DNA of 64,000 bases from an uncultured Planctomycetota bacterium. Lineage in GTDB: Bacteria; Planctomycetota; Planctomycetia; Gemmatales; Gemmataceae. The translations under genes were made by a program, and so were the position numbers. Positions 56,027 through 64,000 of the stretch are shown here, piece by piece. Numbering within the stretch: the first letter of the stretch is position 1; every line of letters starts with the position of its first letter. The DNA lies in assembly GCA_963849325.1 (NCBI GenBank), contig CAWKHF010000007.1:128001-192000 (forward strand), given 5' to 3'. The notes below the pieces were generated by a model that saw only the letters and a list, made by a program, of their open reading frames with translations, was not told where the DNA came from and did not search any database.

Positions 56027-58345
56027 TCATGGTGTCAGGAGGCGAAGTTTCTCCTTGATCTCCCGGTAGCGTTCGTCGGGCCGGCGGCGTCCGCCCGACT
56101 CGTACAGTTCGATGGCCTTTTTCCAGGCCTGGCCGGCCTTGGCGATGTCCTTGAGACGGAAGCAAACGTCGCCGAGGTGGTCCCAGACAACCGGGTCGTC
56201 GTCGCCGTTGGGCAGCGAGCAGGCTCGCTCCAGCTCACGGCGGGCGCCGGTCCAGTCGCCCTTGCGGAACAGCACCCAGCCCAGGCTATCGACGAAAGCG
56301 GCGTTGTCGCGGTCGCTGTCCAGGCTGACCCGCGTGCTCTTGTCGCTCTGCCGCTGCCGGCGGTCCAGCTCCAGCGCTTTGCGAATGCGCTTCTCCGCCT
56401 CCTCCAGGTTCTTGTTCCGATCCGCCCACAGATAGCCCAGGTCGTTGTTGGCCGTGGCGTCGTCGGGGTCGTCCTTGAGGATCAGCAACAACTGCTCCTC
56501 AGCCTTGTCGTGCTGATGGACGGCGGAATAGATCGCCGACAACTCCGAGCGAATCGTGTGGACGTCTCCGGGTTGATTATACTCGCTCAAGAGTGTCTGA
56601 CACTCGGCGATGGCCTGTTCGGTCTTGTCAGCCTGGCGAAGAAGCTCGGCGCGTTCGAGGCGGCAGCGCAGGGCGGTGTCGCGGGCGGCGGCGGTCTTGA
56701 CGGCCTCGTCGGCGGCCTCCAGCGACTCGCGGACGTGGCCCAGGGCCATGTGCGCCAGAGCCAACTCGCGGAGAAAGAGCAGCCGATTGGTGTTCTTGGC
56801 CGTGTTCAGCCCCTGATTGCACAGGGCGATGATGGCCTCGTTCTTGTGGGCCAAGGCCAGCACCAGGAGCAGGCCGGAGTAAACCTCGTGTTCGTTGTCG
56901 CGGACGTTGAAGCCGCCGGGAGCACGCCCCAGGCAACTGCGGTACAGCGCCTCGGCGGCGTCGAGCTGGCGCGTCCGCGCCGCCAGGTTGGCCAGCATCA
57001 ACCGCGTCGCATACGACAGGCCGGGTCGAAACAACAGACGCTGCCGGGCGGCCGGCAGCAGGAACTTGACCAGCTCGGCGTCGTCGCGCAGCACGACCAG
57101 CATGGCGCGAGCGTGTCCGGCGGCGCGCTGGGCCGCCTCTTTGCGTTCCTCCTCCTGTCGTGCCGTCTCCGGGGCAGCGCCGTCCGCCTTCTTGTCGCCG
57201 ACCGACTCGGTGGCCTTGCTCAGTGCTCCGTCCAGCTGCGTCAGCAGTCGCTCCGCTCCCCGCTGCCGATCTTCCTGATACAGTCCGAACAGACCGCGAT
57301 ACACCTCCGGCGTCGGCGATTCCTGGAGCAGACGTTTGTAGATCGGCTCGGCTTGCTGCTGTCGGCCGGCCCGGCGATACTCGCGCGCAACAGAAGCTGC
57401 AACGCGACGTTGTTGCGATCGGCCAGGGCCGATTTCTCCAGCGACGGCACGACGTCGGCATCGCGGCCCAGCTGGCGCTGCACCTTGATGCGCAGCTCGT
57501 AGCCGTCCATGCCCTGCGGCTGCGAACGCAGGTACTGCTCGATCTGGGTCAGCGCCTGGCCCGGCTGTCCCTGCTCGACGTAAACCTCGGCCAGGTTGAA
57601 CGACAGCCGAGCCGAGCGTGGCCGGTCCTTCTGCATGGCCTTCTGAAAGGCCACGACGGCCGCCTCGATCCGTTTACCCTTCAAGCAGACACGGCCGAGG
57701 TGTTCGTAGGTCTCGGCCGCCTGCGCGTCGATCTCGTCGCGGTTGAACGGCCCCTGTTCCATCAGTGCTTCGGGGTTATCGAGAATGGCCGTCACCTCGC
57801 GCAAGCTTCTTCTCGGCCTTGCCCAGTTCGCCCGCCTCCTCCTGAAGGATGCCGAGGTCGTAGAACACCTGGGCGCGGACCTCCAGGCGGTCCTTCAATC
57901 CCGGACAGGCGGCCGTCCGCGCCAGCACGGCGCGAGCTTCCTTGGTCTGTCCGAGGGCGCGAAGCTGGCGAGCATAGCGGTAGCCGGTCTCGAAGTCGTC
58001 CGGCTCCAGTTCGAGGACGCGGCGACAACTGGCCAGAGCGTCATCGCCGCGATCCAGGGCGGTGTACAAAGAGATGAGCGTGCGATGGATGGCCGCCGAA
58101 TCCGGGTCCAGACGCCGCGCCTCCTCGAAGGTGTGCGTTGCCTCGACAAGGCGGTTGGCGTGCTGTTGAATCACACCCAGGCCGTAGAGCTTGACGGCTT
58201 CGAGGTGGTCCAGCTCCTGGCGCGTGGCCGGCTTGAGCGGGACGTGACGCGCGGGCGGATCGGTCTCCGGCGGCGCCTGGGCCGACAACGCCGACATTCC
58301 CACCAACAGTAAACCCGCCACGGACGAGGAAACGAGCCGCGACAT
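56027..58345 (-). CDS. Secreted TPR-repeat protein; frameshifts near 57800 and 57390
   Basis: Signal peptide MSRLVSSSVAGLLLVGMSALSA; many TPRs; ANNDLGYLWAD...NAAFVDSLGWVLFRKG...DPVVWDHLGD. Confidence 0.85.
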
Positions 58346-58592
58346 GGTTTTTATGTACCTCCCGCTCCTGTCCGCCCTCGGTCCTTCCTCGACCGCGGGC
58401 CGTTCGCCGGAAGTCCCGGCGCGGAAGGATTGTACACGGATCGGCCAAGATTTCCTAGCGGGGATCGAGCGAAGGTGCTTCGACGGCTTGATATTTCCCA
58501 TCGGCGGGAGTGCGGAAGATCCCAAGGTAGCCGGCCTGGGCGATGCGTCGCTAGCCAGACGCTCCGCATATTCGTCCACCACCCGCCGCACG

Positions 58593-58742
58593 TCACCAGT
58601 CGGAGGGGAGAGGATGGCCATCATCGGGCACGAGGGCCATCCACCAGGTATTGGGACTCATGCCCTTGGAGCAGAAGCGCACGCTGCCGTCTCCCAGGGC
58701 CGCCACGATGCCTCCAGTGTGCCCACTGCTGGCCACCTCCTG
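58593..58742 (-). pseudogene. Orphan 3' fragment of a DUF1559 gene
   Basis: ASSGHTGGIVAALGDGSVRF...DDGHPLPSDW-stop (H-x9-DG motif), homologous to the end of 58994-59947. Confidence 0.85.
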
Positions 58743-58909
58743 GCGGCGTCGAAGCGTGCGAGGCGTTCGATCCAGGCTTGCCGAACGGCGTCGCGTGAAC
58801 AGGGTGCGGTGGGTGCAGGAGCGGGTTCGGTCATGGGAGGTCTTCGTGTTTGGTGGCAAGACCTCGATGGTAACCAACTCGTCAATCACGCGATTCGTCG
58901 GGTGCGTAC
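58743..58909 (-). mobile_element. IS66-like remnant: left end plus start of tnpA
   Basis: Minus strand starts GTACGCACCCGACGAATC (IS66-like terminus) followed by MTEP...RDAVRQAWIERLARFDAA, which resembles IS66 TnpA N-termini. Confidence 0.6.
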
Positions 58910-58993
58910 CCTGTGCGTTCAAATTGGCACGGTTTGGCCAAATAATTGACACGAAACCAGCCGTTTGCACCTCACCAGTCAGCGGGGAGCGCT

Positions 58994-59947
58994 TTACCAA
59001 TCCGCGGGCAGGGGGAGGCCGTCGTTGGCCACCATAGCGATGTTGAAGGTGTTCTGACTGATGCCTTGGCTGACGACGCGCACGCTGGCATCGCCGAGGC
59101 CAACCAGCAAGGCGTTGGTGTGGCTGCTGGACGGCCAATAAAAGAAGCAGTCGTTACTGTTGGTGACGTTGAACTGTGGCTGAATGCTGGGCGACAGGCC
59201 CGGGAGGCTGCCCGCAGTCATTTTTTTTCCCCAGTAGGTCTTGGCGGCATCAAAGGGCGCACCGACAACGGGACAATCGAATCCGACCCCCGATGCCCAG
59301 TGATTGGTCGCATAAGTCCCTGCCGGGCAGTATGCCGTTCGCTCGGTCCAGAAAATGGTGTTGGACAAGCCATCGGGAATGTCGCTCTGGATCTTGCAGC
59401 TTCCCCTGGACTGGACCCTGGTAACGTTCGTGGTCTTCGGCTTCACCGATGCTTTGCCGAAGACCTGAGCGTTGGCGCCGTAGGAGACGAGGCTGCCCAG
59501 AGTTTCCCCTCTGGCGGACATGGCTGCCGTGAGCGTGACATCGCTGGGACACTGCAAGCCCTTGATGACCGAGGGGGAACCTGTACCGTAGTTGAAAGGC
59601 TTGTCGTAACTTCCCTGTTGGACGACCGCGTCGTACAACGCTTGCTGCTCCAGGTAGGGAAACAACCAAAACAGGGCCGACATCTGAAGGGCACCAGAGG
59701 GGACGGGCCACTTGAACGGGTAGCATGAGTGAGGCGGCGGCAGGTAGCCTTGGTTCGCGTCGGTGCAGTTGTGGGTGGCCAGGCCGATCTGTCGGAGATT
59801 ATTCATGCACTGAGCGCGAGCGGCGGCCGCGCGGACTTTCTGGATGGCGGGCAAAATGATGGCCAAGAGCGTGCCGATGATGGCGGTCACTACCAGCAGT
59901 TCAATCAGCGAATAGCCGTGACGGTGCAGCTCGTGATGTTTTCGCAT
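58994..59947 (-). CDS. DUF1559 protein with prepilin-type N-terminal cleavage/methylation motif
   Basis: GYSLIELLVVTAIIGTLLAIILPAIQKVRAAAARAQCMNNLRQIGLA, LFPYLEQQALY, DIPDGLSNTIFWTE, SSSHTNALLVGLGDASVR. Confidence 0.93.
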   Translation of the reverse strand: MRKHHELHRHGYSLIELLVVTAIIGTLLAIILPAIQKVRAAAARAQCMNNLRQIGLATHNCTDANQGYLPPPHSCYPFKWPVPSGALQMSALFWLFPYLEQQALYDAVVQQGSYDKPFNYGTGSPSVIKGLQCPSDVTLTAAMSARGETLGSLVSYGANAQVFGKASVKPKTTNVTRVQSRGSCKIQSDIPDGLSNTIFWTERTAYCPAGTYATNHWASGVGFDCPVVGAPFDAAKTYWGKKMTAGSLPGLSPSIQPQFNVTNSNDCFFYWPSSSHTNALLVGLGDASVRVVSQGISQNTFNIAMVANDGLPLPADW

Positions 59948-59975
59948 GGCAATGCCCTCTGGAGGGTGGCGTGCT

Positions 59976-60765
59976 TCAGTCTCTCTTCTTCGACGCCAAC
60001 CAGTCGTAGAGTCCCTTGGGATCGTAAGCCTCATGCCGAGATCTCATGCCCACCGTCCCGCACCTCCGTGTAACGCACGTCGGCTTTGGCTTCCCGGAGC
60101 TGTTTTACGAGGTCGCGCTCGCGCTTGACGGGGGCCTGTTTGTCTTTGGCTGCGTGAAAGATCCAGGCGGGGATGTGTCGCACCTTGGCTACATCCGGGC
60201 TGATGAAGGAGCTGACCGGGACGACGGCCGCCCATTTGTCCGGATAAGCCTCTGCCAATCGCCAGACGCCCATGCCGCCATTGGAGATGCCAGTCAGGTA
60301 GACCCGCGTTGGATCAATGTGATGGCGGCGGATGACATAGTCCAGCGCCGTCATGGTGTCCTCGACCTCAGCGCTTCCCGTCTCCCATTTTCCCGTCGGA
60401 TCAATGGGGAAGAAGGCGACGAATGGAAACGAACCGTTGGGCTTGTTAGGGCCGAATGAATTGGAGATGGACAGGGGAAGTCCAGCTTTGAAGAGCCGCG
60501 CCTTTGTCTTTTCTCCGTAACCGTGCAAATAGACGATGAGGGGAAACGGTCCCTTCTCCTTCTGGAAATGCGGTGGAACGTACAGGCCGTAGGATACCAG
60601 CTCGGCGTCCAACGGCGTGCCTTTATTGTACTGGCCCAGATAGAACCCCGGCGGCATAAAGGACGCGGCCTCTTCGTGGGAGAGGTTCGCGTAAAGCTCG
60701 CTGGCGATGGGGTACAGACAAAACAGCACCACAAGGACGAATGCACCCATCGCCACATCCAGCTT
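59976..60765 (-). CDS. Predicted peptidase/carboxylesterase (alpha/beta hydrolase); frameshift near 60035; 5' end abuts the IS
   Basis: FPLIVYLHGYGE, IDPTRVYLTGISNGGMGVW, IPAWIFH..D, GGHE, then in another frame EAYDPKGLYDWLASKKRD-stop at 59976. Confidence 0.8.
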
Positions 60766-62089
60766 CAGTAGTTTCCGGTGAGTGTGAATCATGATACCAT
60801 GCCCCAACTCATTCATACATCCGATGTTCCGTGGCGATTTCATCGTGGATACCCAAGCGTGCTTCGGCCCAGTGTTGCAACCACACCAGCATCTTGCGAA
60901 AGCTCAAACGCCCCAGATTGATCCGCCGACCGCCTCGCTGACGACGCGCCAACACCTGCCCATGCAACCACACCCAGACGTTGCGCAAGAGCAACGCCAC
61001 CCCCACGTACAACAAACGCAGCAGCGGATCGCGCGTGCAGGTCCGAATCCGCGCTTGGTGCATCTGACGGTAACTCGTCTCGATGGCGAACCGACTCCGA
61101 TACGTCTCCTTCACCCACGTGTACGACGACGGACGCAACGGCCCGCCGAAGGCATACACCAACGCCTCACGGCCATGCCGCCCCCGCTCGCCGCGACGGT
61201 TGCGACACTTGATACACACCCGGAACCGCGCCCGGCGTTTGGCGGCGTTGGTCATCGTGTACTCGGCCCAGCCGCTACGCTTGCGGCCGGCGAAAACCCG
61301 GCTGCCCGACGGTCCCTTGGGGTGGTCGGCCTTGCGCCGCGCAGCACCAACGGCATCAACCAGGCGTAGCGGGCATTCTGCAGGTAGCGGATGACGTCCA
61401 CGCTGCAAAAGCCGCGGTCCAACAGCAGATAACGCGGGCGGATGCCGGCCCGCGCCGCCTCACGCAGCAGCCGCTTGAGCACCTCCGGCATGGCGTCGTG
61501 GCGGGCCACCGGGGTGAGGGCAACGGTGAAGCGTCGGCCCTTCTGGATGACGTAGGCGGTGGCGTAGGCGTGGAAGTGGCTGGTGCCGCTCTTGGCTTGG
61601 CTGCGGTAGACCTCGTCGGCGTGGTGCAGGGGTCTGCCGTGGTAGGGGATGAGCACCAAGTCGATGGCCAAGGGCTGGCGGCGTCGGCGTAAGGCGTGGG
61701 GCAGGTCGCCTTGCAGGGCGCGGTTGAGGCGGCGTTGCAGTTCGGCGTAGTCAGGGAGGGTGGCGAGCAGGGCGTCGTGGGCGGCGGTGTCGGAGGGCGC
61801 GTCGCGGAGGGCGGCGCAGGCGGCGGCCAGAGAGATGATGCGGCTGGCGGCGTAGCAGAGGACGGCCCACAGGGTATCGGCTCGGCAGCGGGGGCCGTGG
61901 TCAGCCAGGCGGAGATATTGTTGCATCCGGGCGCTGACGTGGGCGTGGACGTGGGCGGGGGTGAGTGTATACTGCCGTTGTCGCATGGCTCCCTCCTGGA
62001 ATGTCCTTGGTGGTACAAGTCATTCTCAGGAGGAGCCTTGCGATTGTCTCCCTCACCCCTCCTCCCTCAGCCCGAACCGGAAACTACTG
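60766..62089 (-). mobile_element. ISH3-family insertion sequence with perfect 14-bp TIRs
   Basis: CAGTAGTTTCCGGT at 60766-60779 and ACCGGAAACTACTG at 62076-62089 enclose the transposase. Confidence 0.88.
60809..61986 (-). CDS. ISH3-family DDE transposase; frameshift near 61345
   Basis: LAIDLVLIPYHG, AKSGTSHFHAYATAY, LLLDRGF, YRSRFAIETSYRQ...LRLLYVGVALLLRNVWV. Confidence 0.88.
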
Positions 62090-62466
62090 AGATTCATCGA
62101 CGTTCGGGCAAACTCTCGTATTTGGTCTATCCTGAGTTCGAGAACGACCCCCATCCGGCGCTGCTGCGGTCTGTCCGCGTGAACCTGCGGACCCGGCAGA
62201 TCGCCTGCTACGACTACGCGCAGAACGCCAATCCGCCTGTCCTGCACCGCAAGGAGTCGTTCCTCGGCCCGGATCATCTGCTCCGTGAAAAGTTCGCCCG
62301 GCTGACCGCGCAGGAAGAGAAGTCCGGCTTGCTGGACGATCCGAGCGGGATAGGCACAAGGGAGGGCTGGTCGAGGAGGCTGGCTGAACGTGGCTTCGCG
62401 CTAAAGGGGCACCGGCTTGTGAGAAGCAACGCTCCGCGTAATGGCCCCCGTGCGCTGCAAACCTAA
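62090..62466 (+). pseudogene. 3' fragment of a DNA-phosphorothioation-associated putative methyltransferase-like gene
   Basis: KLSYLVYPEFENDPHPALLRSVRVNLR...YDY..NANPPVLHRKESFL...KFARLTAQEEKSGLL...IGTREGW; begins exactly at the IS end. Confidence 0.72.
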
Positions 62467-62496
62467 ACGGATTCACAGATTTTCAGATTTACAGAT

Positions 62497-63220
62497 TTAC
62501 GGCAGGCTTGGTTCCTGGTCCTTGCCTTGCCGCTCCATCGCAATGCGTTCCTGGAACGTCATCCGCGGCTTCATGTCTGATTTTTCCGCCGATGCCGGCG
62601 ACAGTGCTGCCCCTGTCCCTGATGCGGCCTCGGACTCAATTGGTTGGGCTGAGGCGGGAAGCGCCTCTGTCTTGCGGCGGATGCGCGCCGTGATGGGTTC
62701 CTCGGCGGTGGAGTGCTTCTGCCGGATGCGCTGCGGCGTGGCCTCGATGGTGTGGGCGGCCTTGAGCGCCTTGATCTTCTCGGCCAGTTCGGAAACGCTC
62801 GGCCCCTCCTCTTTGTCTGACTGATATGCCGCACCGGAAAGGCCAGCCCTGAGCTGGTCGCGCAAGGCGGTCAGTTCGGAGAGGTAGGCATCAAGAGTGA
62901 AGGGCTTGCCGAGTTGTGCCTGGTAGTCGCGCAGCTGGGACTCGGCAATGCCGATGTCTTGCCGCACACGGAGGCATTCGGGGCCGTAGCCTCCGGCCAG
63001 GCGTTCCAGGGCGTTCAGGACAGCGCGTGGCCCCTGGTGTTCGCGTGAGAGGCCGGACTGACGGGTCATCGCGCCTTCCAGGTACACGTCGGGCGGGAAT
63101 TGCGGATGCAGGATAAGGCCAAAACGCAGGCTCCGGTAGATGCCGAGCGGCACGCGGGTCGTCTCCTGGGCGTTCCGGGGCAAGGTATCGAGCCGGCTGG
63201 CCAGGATGGCGGGCGCAATC
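62497..63220 (-). pseudogene. 3' fragment of a large helicase/DNA-methylase-like gene of mobile elements (tentative)
   Basis: LGIYRSLRFGL...AVLNALERLA...IAESQLRDYQAQLGKPF...LSELTALRDQL; no catalytic motifs in the fragment. Confidence 0.5.
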
Positions 63221-63294
63221 GCGTAAGCCGAGCAGGGCGACCAGGCGTTTGCCGGTCATCGTGCCGTTTGCCTTCAGCAGAGTCCCGCCGTAGG

Positions 63295-63510
63295 TGCTCG
63301 AAGTGCAAGGACGGCCAGGGCCAGGCCGTCGAGCCCGTCATGGTGGCGATCGCGCGGATCGCGCAGCTCAAGAAGGCACTCCAGCTGTCTCTGGTCGTGC
63401 GGGCCGAGGAGCCGGAGCCCAGCGACGGGCAGCAGAAGGCGAAGTCGGGGGCCAACGGGCACAAGCCGCACAACCGGCTCAACGGCATGACCGCCGCCAC
63501 GGCAAAGTAA
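63295..63510 (+). pseudogene. Probable 3' fragment of an unknown gene
   Basis: Coding-like codon bias: KCKDGQGQAVEPVMVAIARIAQLKKALQ...TAK-stop, followed by a GC hairpin. Confidence 0.35.
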
Positions 63511-63525
63511 TCGAGGAAGTCCCTT

Positions 63526-63553
63526 GGGGGCGGGGCTGGCGCTCCCCGCCTCC
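63526..63553. terminator. GC-rich hairpin between convergent ORFs
   Basis: gggggcgggg-ctggcgct-ccccgcctcc. Confidence 0.45.
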
Positions 63554-63577
63554 AGGATTGAGAGTCCGGCCGGAAGA

Positions 63578-64000
63578 TTACGACTGCACCCCACAGCGCC
63601 AGCGGACCAGGAACTCGCTCACCGCCCGCCGGTCGCGCTCCTCGGGCAAGCTCGACTCCTCGTACGCCCTGTCCAGCAGACCCTCCAACTCCCGCACCTG
63701 GGCGTCGTGAAAAGCCCAGTCCAGGTCCGGCGCAGACCCTTTCTCCTCTCGCTTCTGCGCGATCAGCTCGCCCAGGAATGGCCGCTGGTACTCCTGGGCC
63801 AGCCGGGGCAGGTTCGCCTCCACCTCGCCGGTGCGCAGCAAGTGGATGCCGGTCAGCAGCACGCGGTAGGCGTACAGCACCGTCTTGGTGATCTTCGGCT
63901 CCTGCTTGTCGAGCAGCTTGCGCTGCGTGGCGATGAAGCCTCGATAGTGATGGAAGTGGTGCCGGGTGACGCATCGCCGCGCCAGGGGCCGCAGCGCGTC
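63578..64000 (-). CDS. Nucleotidyltransferase (RlaP/YcgL-like), 3' part; runs off the window end
   Basis: CVTRHHFHHYRGF...KTVLYAYRVLLTGIHLLRTGEVEANL...SSLPE...VSEFLVRWR. Confidence 0.8.
   Translation of the reverse strand, partial: DALRPLARRCVTRHHFHHYRGFIATQRKLLDKQEPKITKTVLYAYRVLLTGIHLLRTGEVEANLPRLAQEYQRPFLGELIAQKREEKGSAPDLDWAFHDAQVRELEGLLDRAYEESSLPEERDRRAVSEFLVRWRCGVQS

Noticed and set aside
58593-59947. Shufflon or diversity-generating retroelement acting on the DUF1559 tail
   Set aside because: The tails are in direct orientation, differences are not adenine-specific, and no recombinase or reverse transcriptase is in the window.
62469-62499. Short CAGATTT repeat run
   Set aside because: Only about three degenerate units with no inverted partner; too weak to call.

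Overview
GC-rich bacterial chromosome segment, most likely Planctomycetota (Gemmataceae-like). Supporting markers are a DUF1559 prepilin-like gene, a PVC-type heme-binding CxxCH dehydrogenase, an LExLExR-motif protein, a Gemmata-type ECF sigma fragment and planctomycete-type REP palindromes. Many genes, including clpC and trpF, carry single-base frameshifts that look like assembly or consensus errors, so they are reported as reconstructed CDSs. The backbone (1-58.5 kb) holds fahA, an MFS transporter, ald, trpF, clpC, an acyl-CoA dehydrogenase, an S1-domain protein and yebC, plus two envelope/export clusters. Cluster 1 has two paralogous glycosyltransferases and a TolC-like lipoprotein facing a DevB-DevC-DevC-DevA ABC exporter whose ATPase is fused to a cyclic-nucleotide-binding domain. 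Cluster 2, the best candidate for a poorly characterised system, is a three-gene operon with no ABC ATPase in which every gene encodes a membrane-fusion (HlyD-type) protein with a different accessory module: GAF-like, an inserted WD40 propeller, or PqqD/RRE-like plus M50 protease plus an STN-like insert. Intergenic DNA is rich in REP-like palindromes and inverted short tandem repeats. Several diverged duplicates of gene ends occur (clpC 5' end, a 62-bp repeat bracketing a PIN toxin-antitoxin pair, three DUF1559 3' ends). The last ~5.5 kb is a decayed mobile region with an IS66 remnant, an ISH3-family IS and several gene fragments. No rRNA, tRNA or CRISPR array was recognised. All family assignments come from motif recognition by eye; no database search was run.
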